Assembly (NCBI RefSeq): GCF_018977255.1
Contig: NW_024704743.1
Location: forward strand, 1,178,001-1,242,000
Direction: 5' to 3'
Length of the DNA: 64,000 nucleotides
Origin: Callorhinchus milii
Lineage: Eukaryota
The first letter of the stretch is position 1. Every line of letters begins with the position of its first letter. The notes beneath the pieces were generated by a model. That model had not been told where the DNA came from and did not search any database. It worked only from the letters and a program-made list of their open reading frames with translations. The translations under genes were made by a program, and so were the position numbers. Below are positions 49,907 through 62,079 of this stretch, one piece after another.

Positions 49907-52900
49907 TATTCCAGTGTATCTTGATTTTTGCCAAGGTGGCTGCAGCTGTCCAGATAACATAAGGCAGCAGGTGAGAAGACTGCATGTTCAGAACTATGCC
50001 GAACAAGTTTAAGACTAATGCCTGGGAGCATTTCTGTGACAAAAGCTGTAATGAGAGGGTGGCAGGGAGGAGGGTATTCTGGAAGGATGAGATCAAATGG
50101 GTCTTCTTCAACTGAAACTCTTGTTAACAACTTTCAGATGAAACTGTCTTTCCTTTGCGAAAAGAACATTTCTCTACACGGAGGACTATTACAATGTGAG
50201 AATGCAGCAGCATTGCCTTTTGGTCAAAAGATTGTGGATTCACGCCCCCAAGTTGGGAATTAAGGTTTCAGTCCAGGCTGATATTCCAGTGCAGTGCTGG
50301 AATGCTCTATTGTCACAGGTTCTTTCTTCCTGATGAGAGTTAATGAGATGTCCTGTCTGCTTGGTTAAGGTGGATGTTAAGGAATCCACAACACTATTCA
50401 ATAAGAGAAGGGAGTTTCTTCTGGTGATATCGCCACAAAATCAAAATAAAATCAGTTATGCACCGTGACTGTTTGCGGGACTTCGCTGTGCACAAAATGG
50501 CTGTCATGTTTGCCTATAAGAGTAATCACTTTGCAGTAAATATATTTAATGCGACCGCCAGGAAGGTGGATGGTGAACTAGATGGACGATGGTCTTTTTT
50601 TCATCTAGCATTTCTTATGTTCTTATGTAAAGTACGTTGTAGGCATTATAAAATGCAAGTATTTTCTTTCAACTTTAAAAGGGGTAATTAGCACATCACG
50701 TAGAATATTTTACTTAATAAGGATGAGTGGGCATTCATGAGTCAACGGGACTTTGGAACAACCTCCAATGTTTGTCACAGTGTGAGAGGCAAAATTGAAT
50801 TACTGACATTCCTGTCTTTTAAAGTCCAGGCTGATTCTCGTAAGTTAGTGAAGAAACGGCTCATTCCTTTGACCTTTGAATTGACATTAACTCCCGTAAT
50901 CTTCAGCTGGGGGGAAACGGGAACAGACGTTGCTTACAGTCACTGGAGATCAGACAGATGAGCACTGGATCAGGTCCAACAACAACTGAATGTCTGCAAC
51001 TAAGAATAGAATCAAGAACAGGCATTTCTGCTCCAAGCATCCTCTATCAGGCAGTTTTACAGATCATGTTTTTCTTCCAAATAACTGGGACCCTCAGCTG
51101 CTATGTTGAACTATACACTGCGCAGTTCCCAGGGAATAAGGTGTTAATGTGGGTGAGAAACAGAACACACTGCAAGATATGTTGGTTGAATAATAACCTT
51201 ACATTTCATATTGCTCCATATTGTGCATGTCAGCCTGGCTCAGTAGGCAGCACTCTAGCGTCTGAGTCAGCAAGTTCTGGGTTCAAGCTCCACTTTGGGA
51301 CTCAATAAAGAACCTTAAATAATCCATGTGGCAATATTTGAAAAGAGGAGTTTCTCATGGAGTCGTGGCTAACAATCCCTCAAATAAAGTTAGTCATTCA
51401 CTTCATTGTGTTCTGTGGGACACTGTTGTGCTAAATTGCCTGCCGTGTTTGGCTACACAATACTCTTTACAGTAACTGCTCTTTACAGTTTTCCTGCTTG
51501 GACTTTTCCAAAGCGCTCCTCAAGTGCAAGGATTATTATATTATTACATTATATTATTAGGGCATATATTATTACCTCTAAATAAATTGCTGTCAAGTGT
51601 ACTAACTGCGTTTGTAAGCAAACCCAGCAGTCATTTTACCCACATGAAGTGAGTGACCAATTTGTCTGGGGGAATTGTTAGCCTGGACACCGGGATAAAC
51701 TTCCTTCGCTTTTTAAACAGTGTTTCGATATCTTTGAAGTCCACACACCAGAACAAACAGACAGATCAGATCCTTGGGTTATTCCCCAGCAATGCGCTGG
51801 AGAGTTAACCTAGACTGTGAGCTCGAAGTCCTGATGTGGAGGCTTGAACCCACAACCTTTTAAACCAGGGATCGACTGTTCCACCCTTCCCGGAAGTGTT
51901 TTAGCCTTTGAAAACACTGATAAAACTGGCTTGTGTTGCTTCAGGTCAGGTGAAAGAAATGGAGCAGAATATTTTTTAAAGAAAAACAGCTCTTTCCCTA
52001 AACAAAGCTGCCCGTTAATAATCTATCCATTTATGTTCCCGTTACATTCTGCACAGCCAACAGTCAGAATAAATTTGGATAACTTTTGCACGTTTCTCTT
52101 TCTTTGCCAAATTTTTCTCTTTCCCATCTTCTCACCTGAAAGGGTCTGAGAGATAAAGAGAAAGAAAAAAAGAGAAAGGCAAGAGTTAGAGAAATGTACA
52201 TGGTAATATAACTCTTGCATTTGATATAGTGCCTTATCACAACATTGAGATATCTCAAAGCACTTCACAGGATTTACTGTACAGTAACTGTAGTTTGTAG
52301 GCGAAGGCACCAGTGCGACAAAGTGAATGACCAATTTTATCTGATGGATTCTTCACCAGCACACCAAGAGAGAGAGAGAGAGAGGGGGGGGGGAGGAAGG
52401 AATGGACTATTGGAGATGTAGGGAAGAATATTGGTAGAGCTCTGTGCAACTTTCCTCAGGGCACAACATGAAGTCCTCGATAAGGGTGGATTGTCTTCGA
52501 TCTTTGAAGGGAATAGACTTGGCAATAGGGTGATTGGCCTTTTCTGCTTCCATGGTCCCTTGTATTCACAACCACTTTTCCAGATTGTTCCTGGGTTGTC
52601 AGTAATCTTGTCAATCCTGTGAGAGGTATATTTTTGAGAGAGCAAATAACTACTGACCTCGAGCTGACCTAGTATTGCACTCAGCGGCTATACATAGAGG
52701 CACAATCAGCCAGGCATTCTGCTTGTGGTGTGAAATCCTGCTAACCTCACTGACCTTTTCAAATTGTTTATTCTTTTTCAAATCTCTATGTATACATAGA
52801 TCAGAACCGATTTGGGGTTCACCGGCAGTCTGGGCTAATCACGTGTCAACGTGTGTCAAGAGGAAACTACAGATTTCCTTAATTATGAAATTATGAACAG

Positions 52901-53099
52901 GAAGAGGCCATTCAGCCTATCGAGCCTATTCCAAGTGTTTATTAGACTATAACAGATCGTTTAATCCCTTGTCCCCACCTTAACACCCATACATTTCAAG
53001 TATCTATCTCTGGGAATTTCTAGAGGATCATGAATAAAATCGTGGAAGACAATTAACTCCCATGTGGAATATCAAATCTCGAATGGCATTACTGGCCGT

Positions 53100-53975
53100 G
53101 GATTGTCCTATATTTAGTTGCTTCGCTGGCAGAGTCCGGGAATACCACTGAGATAGTTACTATGAATATACCCAGGTTACCTCATACAACACGGGCAGTG
53201 ATCATTCAGTCTTCATACCACCTGGCGATTTAACATTATGGGATTGTATTAGATCATTTTTATACAAATAATTTTCCATTTAGTTCCTGATGATTCACTC
53301 CCATCATTTCTCCAGTTGTTGAAGTCGGGTTAATTGGCACCATGTATGGTTCTGTCAACCTTTCCTGAATGTGGGAACAACATTTACTCGCTTCCAGTCT
53401 GTTGGCACCTCACCCGTAAAAGCTTGCCAGACGCCGATATCAATGGCAAGCTATTCGGTTTTAGCTGGTTAGACTCCAGCACCCCGACGCACCTTCTGGG
53501 GTCCCCCAAGTCTTGTCTCATGCCAACCTGCGCCTAATAGTTTCCGGAATTCGGTAAGCGGGATGGCTCCCTCCGGGGAGGGGGAGAGAGAGAGAGAGAG
53601 AGCATTCCATTCCAGCAATCTATCTCTGGCATTTCCGCGTGTAGGTGGGATGCCTGGAAATCTCGGTTTGGTTTGGATACTCTTTAAACACGGTGATGGG
53701 TTTCTGCATGTGTCAAGGCACCCGGCTGACACCCCCCCAAAAAAAACGAAGTCTGTCGGCTGGCTACCTCACCAGTAAATGATCCACTCCCCGATAACGT
53801 GCTATATGGGGAGAGGTTGGTCCATCTCCTGGGCTCCACCAGTTGTTGACCTTGAGTGATTGATGTGTTCAACCAGCCTGAGCTGAGGATCGTGTTCCCC
53901 CCCCCCCCCACCCCCCACATGCACTGACCGCATTCCCCACCCACCCCAACCCTTAGTGTTACTATTTATAAACTC
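53100..53975 (+). promoter_or_regulatory. KLHL40 upstream region with MEF2-consensus sites
   Basis: CTATATTTAG at 53108-53117 and CTATTTATAA at 53962-53971 both match YTA(W)4TAR; the second also resembles a TATA box. KLHL40 is a muscle-specific gene. Confidence 0.55.
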
Positions 53976-54149
53976 AACTGGAAAACCTTTGACATGAAGT
54001 GAGAGAGAGAGAGAGGGAGAGGAGAGACAGACAGACAGACAGAGGAGAGGAGAGACAGCAGAGGCTCCAATTCCTTCACACTCACTGGCACAGGCGTCTC
54101 AGGACCAACCGAACCAGACCAGGAGGCAAAGCTCTCGCTTTACTTGTTC

Positions 54150-54350
54150 CAACTCTTTCTCTCCCAAACCCCCACCCACACAGACAGCCACACAGACACC
54201 CACCCACAACCCCCACCCACACAGACACCCACCCACACCCCCCCCCCACCCACACAGACAGCCACCCACAACCCCCACCCACACAGACAGCCACACAGAC
54301 ACCCACCCACACACACCCCCACACACACACACCCAGACCCACCCACCCTC
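54150..54350. repeat. CA/C-rich low-complexity repeat (CCCACACAGACAGCCA/CACC units) in the KLHL40 5' region
   Basis: Directly visible. Confidence 0.85.
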
Positions 54351-54367
54351 AGGGCCGCTCTGAAAAG

Positions 54368-55825
54368 ATGGCGCTTCCCATCGAGCCCTCGGAGGAGCCT
54401 CGGATCTACCAGCAGACGCTGCTGCAGGACGGGCTGCGGGACCTGCTGGAGAACGACAGGTTCGTGGACTGCGTGCTGAGGGTCCAGGGCCAGGCCTTCC
54501 CCTGCCACCGGCTGGTGCTGGCCGCCTGCAGCGCTCACTTCAGGGCCTTGTTCCTCGGGGACGGGGACGGGGAGAGGCCGAAGCGGGAGGAGGCCGAGCC
54601 CGGGGCCGGGGCCGGGGCCGGGAGGCTGGAGGTGACCGTGGAGCACGTGGAGCCCGAGGTGATGGCCACCCTCCTGCGCTACCTCTACACCTCGGAGGTG
54701 GAGCTGAGCGACGCCAACGTCCAGGGCGTCTTCGCGGCCGCCAACCTGCTGCAGATCCCGTCCGCCTTCACCCTCTGCGTCTCCTACCTGCACCAGCGCC
54801 TGAGCCTCGGCAACTGCCTGGCCGTCTTCAAGCTGGGCCTGCTGCTGGACTGCCCGCGGCTGGCCGTGGCGGCCCGGGACTTCGCCGGCCAGCGCTTCGG
54901 CCTGGTCTGCCGCGACGCCGAGTTCCTGGGCCTGTCGGCCGGCGAGCTGAGCGCCCTGGCGGCCGGCGACGGGCTGGACGTGGAGAGCGAGCGCGAGGTG
55001 TTCGAGGCGGTGGCGAGCTGGGCCCGGGGCCAGGGCGGGAAGGGCGCGAGCGGGGCGGGCCCGGCCCAGGCCGAGGCCCAGGCCCGGCCCGCGCAGGCGC
55101 AGGGTCGCGCGGCCCCGGGCTCAGCGCAGGCGCAGGGTCACGCGGCCGCGGACCCGGGCTCGGCGCAGGCGCAGGGCCACGCAGCCCCGGCCTCGGCGCA
55201 GGCGCAGGGCCAGGCTCGCGCGGCCCCGGGCTCGGCGCAGGCGCAGGGTCACGCGGACCCGGGCTCGGCGCAGGCGCAGGGCCAGGGTCACGCGGCCCCG
55301 GCCTCGGCGCAGGCGCGCGAGCGCCAGCTCCAGCTCGAGCGGGAACTGCCGCTGGTGCTCGAGGCCGTCCGCTTCCGGCTGCTGCCCGCCGCTTACCTGA
55401 GGGAGCGGGTGGAGACCGACCCGCTGCTGGCCCCGCACCCGGAGCTGCTGGGGAGGATCCGGCAGGTCAGGGTGGCCAAGGAGGCGGAGGAGGCGGAGGA
55501 GGAAGAAGGCGGAGAGGGGAAGAAGAAGAAGGAGGAGGAGGAGGAGAGCGGGAAGGATGGAGGGGAGGGCGAGGGCGACGTCCCGTTCCCCAACCGGACC
55601 CTGCGCCTCGGCATGTTCACCACCGACCTGATCCTCATCGTGAACAGCGAGGCCACCGTGGCCTACGACCCCGCCGGCAACTGCTGCTACCTGGCCTCCG
55701 CCTCCACCCGGGTGCCCCGCAACCACTGCAGTCTGGTGACGGCGGGGAACCAGATGTTCGTGGCCGGCGGCCTGTACTACGACGAGGGGAGCCAGGAGGA
55801 GCCGCTCAGCTCCTTCTTCTTGCAG
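54368..55825 (+). CDS. KLHL40: KLHL40 exon 1 (BTB, BACK, start of Kelch)
   Basis: Part of ORF 53999..56080; ATG in aagATGg context; donor TTGCAG|gtaac. Confidence 0.93.
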
Positions 55826-58800
55826 GTAACGGGGGGGGGGGGGGGGGCTGGGGCTGGTGGGGGGGTTGTGAGGGGTGGTGGGAAGTGTGGTGTGGTCGGA
55901 GGGGGGGTGGTGGTGGGGGGGGGTGGGGGGGTGATGGTGGTGGGAGGAGTGGTGTGGTGGGAGGGGTGGTGTGGGGGGAATGGTGGTGTGGGGGGGATGA
56001 TGGTGGTGGGAGGGGTGGTGTGGTGGGAGGGGTGGTGTGGGGGGATGATGGTGGTGGGAGGGGTGGTGTGGGGGGGGTGATGGTGGTGGGAGGGGCGGTG
56101 TGGGGGGATGATGGTGGTGGGAGGGGCGGTGTGGGGGGATGATGGTGGTGGGAGGGGTGGTGTGGGGGGATGATGGTGGTGGGAGGGGTGGTGTGGGGGG
56201 ATGATGGTGGTGGGAGGGGTGGTGTGGGGGGGATGATGGTGGTGGGAGGGGTGGTGTGGGGGGATGATGGTGGTGGGAGGGGTGGTGTGGGGGGATGATG
56301 GTGGTGGGAGGGGTGGTGTGGGGGGAGGGGCGGTGGTGGGAGGGGTGGTGTGGGGGGGATGATGGTGGTGGGAGGGGTGGTGTGGGGGGGATGATGGTGG
56401 TGGGAGGGTGGTGTGGGGGGATGATGGTGGTGGGAGGGGTGGTGTGGGGGGGTGATGGTGGTGGGAGGGTGGTGTGGGGGGATGATGGTGGTGGGAGGGG
56501 TGGTGTGGGGGGGATGATGGTGGTGGGAGGGGTGGTGTGGGGGGAGGGGCGGTGTGGGGGGGATGATGGTGGTGGGAGGGGCGGTGTGGGGGGATGATGG
56601 TGGTGGGAGGGGGCTGGTGGCCTGACGTGTCCCGACCCAAACCTGTATCCTATGATCCCTGAGATGCAGTGTTCCAGCTGTTAGCGCTCGACGTGTTGCC
56701 GAGTGTGTCACCCGCCGTGTTTGCTGAACCTGTCTGTGTGTGTTGTGCGTAGTTTAGATGTGCTCCTGAGTGTCTTAACCCAAGTCAGTGACGTGTGCCG
56801 TGTTGGCGTGTTACTGAGTGTCCAATCCAACATTGGCGTGTGCCGTGTAGATGGATATGATGTACACGGATAAGACTGAAGCCATCCTCTATCACTCCCG
56901 CCATCGGCTTCTTTCTTCCCGCTCTGACCTCCTCGACCTCTCTCGCTCTCTCTCAAATTCACCCAACCAGTGAGCACTTTAATCACACTCTAGTTTCTCC
57001 TTCATACCCTCCTTTGCTGGTCTCCCCTAACTCTGGCTTTTTGGAAGTTTTGTTTCTCACGTGACTAAATCTGTGCCATTTTGTGCATGAATAGTTCGAT
57101 CCTTTGGACTGTGATTGGCTCGGGATGCCTCCTATGCCCATGCCCCGCTGTCTGTTTGGCCTGGGCGAAGCTGACAACGCCATCTATGTTATTGGGGGAA
57201 AGGAACTGAAAGAAGGGGAGGAAACACTGGACTCTGTCATGTGCTACGACAGAAAGTAAGTTCTTCTCGATATGTCCAGAAATTAGGCCCCGGTAATAGT
57301 GCCAGGTTTTCAATACACACATTTTTGTTTTTACCGGTGGGAGGACTCTCTATGTAAATACACGTTGTTATCGAAGTTGTTGAGGGCAAATTCAGAAAGT
57401 TGTGCTTTTTCTTAAGAAAAAAGCTAATAGAATCCTAGGCTTTGTAAATAGGGTCAGAGAATATAATAATCCTTGCATTTGATATCATGTCTTATATCAT
57501 TGAAACATCTGAAAGCGCTTGACACGTTCGGGGTTCAGTGTAATTTCTAGGTGACTGCGGCAGCCAATTTGCGCACATCTGTTTGTCCCACAAAGAGGCG
57601 TGAAGTTTATCTGGGGAATTATTGGCCGAAGAAACACCCTTCTCTTTTCAAATATTGCCATGGAATCTTTTAACATCCAATGATTGATTCAGTGCCTTCT
57701 ACGTCAGGAGGATGACTTAAAGCACTTCAGTGCCTTCTACGTCAGGAGGATGACTTAAAGCACTTCAGTGCCTTCTACGTCAGGAGGATGACTTAAAGCA
57801 CTTCCTAGGAGTTATTTAAATAAATAAATAACCCTTTTTTGTAGCGCCTTTAACACCAGGAAGACGTCTTAAAGTACTTTCCAGGATTTAATTAAATAAT
57901 AAGGTTTTCACTTGATGGAGCACCTTTCATGTCTCAAAAGAGCTTTGCAGAATGTACTGTATAGTTTACTGACAGTATTTTGTAGGTCAACTTGGCAGCC
58001 AATTTGCACACAGCAGTGTCCTACACATTTTAGTGGTGATACTACAGTCAAGCTTTATTTTACTTGGGGGATTGTTGGCCATGACACCGAGACAAACTCC
58101 CTTTGGTTTTTGAATATTGCCATAAGATAATTAACATCCACCTGAACAGGTAGAAAATTTGAAAGGAATTGATGTTTGGTGTGTTTTTTCTAATAGTTTC
58201 ATTTGAAACAAATCCTGATGGCTCTTTTTTCACCTTCTCCTCTCCCCCCTCCTCCGCCCACATACACAGCACATTTAAATGGGGTGAATCTGACCCAATT
58301 CCCTATGAAGTTTATGGCCACAGTGTGGTGTCTCACAAAGGGCTCGTGTACGCAATTGGAGGCAAAAGGAAAGACAAGTAAGTGCCGATAGGAATATCCG
58401 GGTGGAAATGAGGTATGTGATGTGTGTAACATCTCAAACAATTTTGCGGTCAGACATGGCATAAGTTTTGCACACAGTAAAGATCCATAAAAAGCTGGGA
58501 AGTGAATTGCCAATTTATCTTGACCAAAGTGTTGGCCATGATATGGGCCAGAAGTAAGGAGACCTTGGAGGAAGCCAAGGAGGATGGAATCCATTTTATC
58601 TATGTTGAGTTGCAGGAAATTGTGGCTCATCCACGCCTCGGTGAATGACAGGCAAAGGAACAGAACATCAGCGGATCTGGTATCACAAGTGATAGAGGAA
58701 AAGTAGATTCGTAATAACATCATGATAATCCTGACATTTGATACAGCTCCTTATCACGTCTGAGACGTCTCAAAGTGCTTCACAGAATATACTGTAAAGT

Positions 58801-60719
58801 GAATTGACTATATATTTGTGTGCAAAACGCGGCAGCAATTGCGCAGAGCAGCGTCCCACAAATAGTCGTGGACTGATTGACCAATTTATTGGGTATTTTG
58901 GATGTCATCCACATGCATGTGGCTGTTGACCCCATGGGGAGCATGTAGGTGAGGAAAAGGAGGGGCGGGGTTAGTAGGTTAGTAAGAGTTGGAGGAGAAA
59001 CTGTTATACATTGTTTATTTTTTCTTTTTCAGAAAGTGCTTGAAGAAATTGTGTGTGTACAATCCCAAGAAATTTGAATGGAAGGAACTGGCTCCAATGA
59101 AAACCGGAAGATCTCTGTTCGGTGCAGCTATTTACAAAGACAAAATCTGGGTGGCAACTGGTGTGACGGACAGTGGATTGACTGCAACCGTAGAGGTTTA
59201 TGACATAGATAAAAACAAGTAAGACCGTAACTTATGTGTGTTTCGATGCGTTGTACCAGATTGCGCTGTGTGGAGTCCTGTGGCGCATTATTTGGAACAC
59301 TTTTGCAAGTGAGAGGACCCGGGTTTGACTTCCAGGCAAGGCGAAACCTTAGGCAAGTTTCTTTACTCCACGCGGCTGTTTACCCTAGCAGTAAGAAGGA
59401 ACCCGGTTGTTAGTTGATTGGCGGATCACTCTTCCGGAGGTAATAATCCGTAAAAAAAAATAATAAATAAATGACAATTTGGTCACTCAATCCCTGACAA
59501 ATGCAAGGATTTTTATTATTGTTAATATACGTGTAAACCAAGAAAATAAATTATCAGTTACTTTAAGGGGAAGAAGAGGGACATTTGTAACGGTGTATGA
59601 TGTATGAAGTCATATGGAAGTGAAAAGAAAATCTGGAAAGGGAAACCTATACACAGCAATATTTCCCAGATTATTCGCCAGGCACGTTGACGTACCAAAC
59701 GAGGTGCTACATCAAATGCAAGGATTATTATTATACTAAAACCTCTCCTGTTTAGATATGTGCAAAATCTACTGAGGTTTTGGAGTCCGAACTAATATAA
59801 ATTGTCACTTCACTTGGGTTTAACAGGTAAATATGTATAACGCTTGTATAAAATATGTATTTGAAAAAATGCCCAAGAAGGGAAACAAAGCGTCATAGAA
59901 GTGACTGCTACTGTTGGACTGAATTTCACTTTCCTCTGCTCTGTGCTGCAGATGGGAAGACATGGCAGAATTCCCACAAGTGCGAAGTTCCATGAGCCTC
60001 GTCAATCTCACGGACCAGCTGTACGCGATTGGTGGATTTACGCTGGCGCAATCCGAGTCCGGAGAATTAACTCCGAACGAAGTCGACGATGTGTGGAAGT
60101 AAGTCTTGAAGCGGCAGCCCAGGATGAAATACTGCGCAGATATGGTGGAGGCTTCTCTGATTAAGATCGTTGGCAAGATGACCGTCTAATGCAGGGGTGG
60201 GGTGCGGCAAGCATTGCATTGACAAAGGTGCCATCCGTCAGATGGGACATTAAACCAAGTGCCCATCTGCCTGGTCAGGTGGACGTTAAAGATTCACGGC
60301 ACTGCTTGAATAAGAGAAGGGAGTTTCCCCTGGTGTCTTGGCCAACAATCCCCGAGACAAAATTGGCCATTGACTTCGTGGCTTTCTGTGCAATCTTGCC
60401 GTGCACACAATGGGCGCCGTGTTCGCCTGCCTGCAAAGCAGTCACCACGTTTCACAGTCAAATAAATCCTGTGAAGAGCTTTGAGAGGTTTCTGCAGGGA
60501 TAAATCAAGTGCAAGGATTAGTATAATCTTTATTGTTGTCTACCTAAGCTGCAAAGTGAGAGACTAATTTAGAGGTGTCATTTTTAACAGTCGATTTCTG
60601 TTTTCAGGTACGATGCGGACAAGAAGGAATGGTTGGGGATTCTCAAAGAATTGCCCTACGCTTCCTCAGCCACCTTCCTCCCAGTGCGTCTGAACATTTT
60701 ACGAATGACCAAGATGTGA
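54368..60719 (+). CDS. KLHL40: Kelch-like protein 40 (BTB-BACK-Kelch), 6 exons, 723 aa
   Basis: Exons join in frame to 2172 nt. [81 protein letters not shown] fit KLHL40; synteny with HHATL separates it from KLHL41. Confidence 0.94.
55830..56620. repeat. G-rich minisatellite (~30-bp unit GGGGATGATGGTGGTGGGAGGGGTGGTGTG) in KLHL40 intron 1
   Basis: Directly visible tandem array. Confidence 0.95.
57095..57255 (+). CDS. KLHL40: KLHL40 exon 2
   Basis: aatag|[27 protein letters not shown]...[10 protein letters not shown]|gtaagt. Confidence 0.93.
57688..57804. repeat. Perfect 3 x 38-bp tandem repeat
   Basis: TTCAGTGCCTTCTACGTCAGGAGGATGACTTAAAGCAC at 57688, 57726 and 57764. Confidence 0.95.
58270..58377 (+). 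CDS. KLHL40: KLHL40 exon 3
   Basis: cacag|[38 protein letters not shown]|gtaagt. Confidence 0.93.
59033..59218 (+). CDS. KLHL40: KLHL40 exon 4
   Basis: tttcag|[32 protein letters not shown]...[10 protein letters not shown]|gtaaga. Confidence 0.94.
59272..59520 (+). mobile_element. tRNA-Ala SINE with an internal deletion
   Basis: GGAGTCCTGTGGCGC...AGAGGACCCGGGTTTGACTTCC head joined to a shortened tail. Confidence 0.75.
59952..60098 (+). CDS. KLHL40: KLHL40 exon 5
   Basis: tgcag|[20 protein letters not shown]...YAIGGF...[16 protein letters not shown]|gtaagt. Confidence 0.93.
60200..60525 (+). mobile_element. Deu-domain SINE
   Basis: GGTGCCATCCGTCAGATGGGACATTAAACC...GGTGGACGTTAAAGATTCACGGCACT...GGTGTCTTGGCCAACAATCCC. 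Confidence 0.7.
60608..60719 (+). CDS. KLHL40: KLHL40 exon 6
   Basis: tttcag|[37 protein letters not shown]. Confidence 0.94.
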
Positions 60720-61905
60720 AAGCTCGCGCCGAGGCAAGGAAAACTTTTGGGTCTTGCAGTATTCTTTTGTAAAAAGATAAATACTCGAAGGTGAGGGAAA
60801 CATTTTTTTTAAAAAAAGACGATTGATAAATGAAGACATCATTTTAGAACAAGTTTTAAGCACGAGTTTGCAGTGCAAAGGTTCCACACTGGCCAAACGA
60901 TTGCCCTCGAAAAGACATTCTCAACTTGCGTTTGTGACTGTATATCAAAGCGGAGTTTTCACCCGCACTTTCTCTGTTGTGGATTTTTTTTGTGTGTTTT
61001 AAAAAAAAGCATAGCAATCACTTTAATAATATTTCTATAATAATAATAATCCTTGGATTTGATATAGCGCTTTTCACGTCTTCTCGACGTCCCAAAGCAC
61101 TTCACAGAATATGCTGTAAAGTGAATTGACTGAATTGTGGGCGAAAGAGGGAAGAGCGGCTTGTGAGGATTTATTCACAAAGGGAAAGCCCACAGTTGAT
61201 CAGAACCTATGCAGCAGAGCGTTGTCCGAATTGCTGGGACATCGGAAATGCCTCGTTGAGGATCGCAAGAGGATCGCATCATCCCATTTAATCTCATCCA
61301 AAATAATCTCAGCCACAAACTATCCACTTTACAGTATATTCTGTGAAGTGCTTTGAGACATCTTGACGTTGTGATAACTCACTATATCAAATGCAAGAAA
61401 TTCTTTTGTTGTTTGCCTCTCCAAGATGCCATCCAGCCTAATCCCAATTTCCTGGTCCTCCCCATCCCCTCTAATACCCCTTCCTCTGCATGTACTTGTC
61501 TAATTTACTTGTCCAATTTGAATCAAATGGATATACCCAATTAGTCTATGCCAGAAATGTTCCACAGACAGTGAATTCAGCAGCAAACTAATGTGATGGG
61601 ACTAAATGTAGGATGAGGGAGAGAATGTAAGCCATATTTTTGAAAAAACATCAACAGAACATCCACCAGAATCTCAGGGCAGACAGGACTGAAAATTAAC
61701 ACAATGAAGGAATGGGATAATGATCTGGAAACAGAATTGTACCTAATAAGGATATTGGTGAGAAGCTCATCCTTCTGGGTTCTTGAACAGAAGTTGACAG
61801 TGTGTATACACACACACACGTGTGCTCAAACTCTCTCACACACACACACGTTCACTCCGTCACATACAGAAATACAGAACACAACTACAGAGTTAATTGG
61901 GGTTA

Positions 61906-61911
61906 AATAAA
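61906..61911 (+). terminator. Candidate KLHL40 polyadenylation signal
   Basis: AATAAA ~1.2 kb after the stop. Confidence 0.45.
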
Positions 61912-62079
61912 ACCGGTCGTATGGTGAAATCCCCATTTATTTTCTTAAAAACATTTAATTTTTCTCATTTCCACCTTCCTCCAACACAACCAAACAGAAT
62001 AGCAGCCTCCAGTTAGCAGATATAAACCAGTTTCCCACCGTCATCCCCCAAAAAATCCGTAAACCATAGAGCAGGTTGT

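Noticed and set aside
53999..56080. 693-aa single-exon ORF
   Set aside because: The real CDS begins at ATG 54368 and splices at 55825; the flanks are low-complexity 5' sequence and intron
55777..56711. Pro/His/Thr-rich minus-strand ORFs (extensin-like)
   Set aside because: Translations of the G-rich minisatellite
57688..57804. CRISPR-like 38-bp direct repeats
   Set aside because: No spacers, vertebrate intron, derived from a retroposon tail
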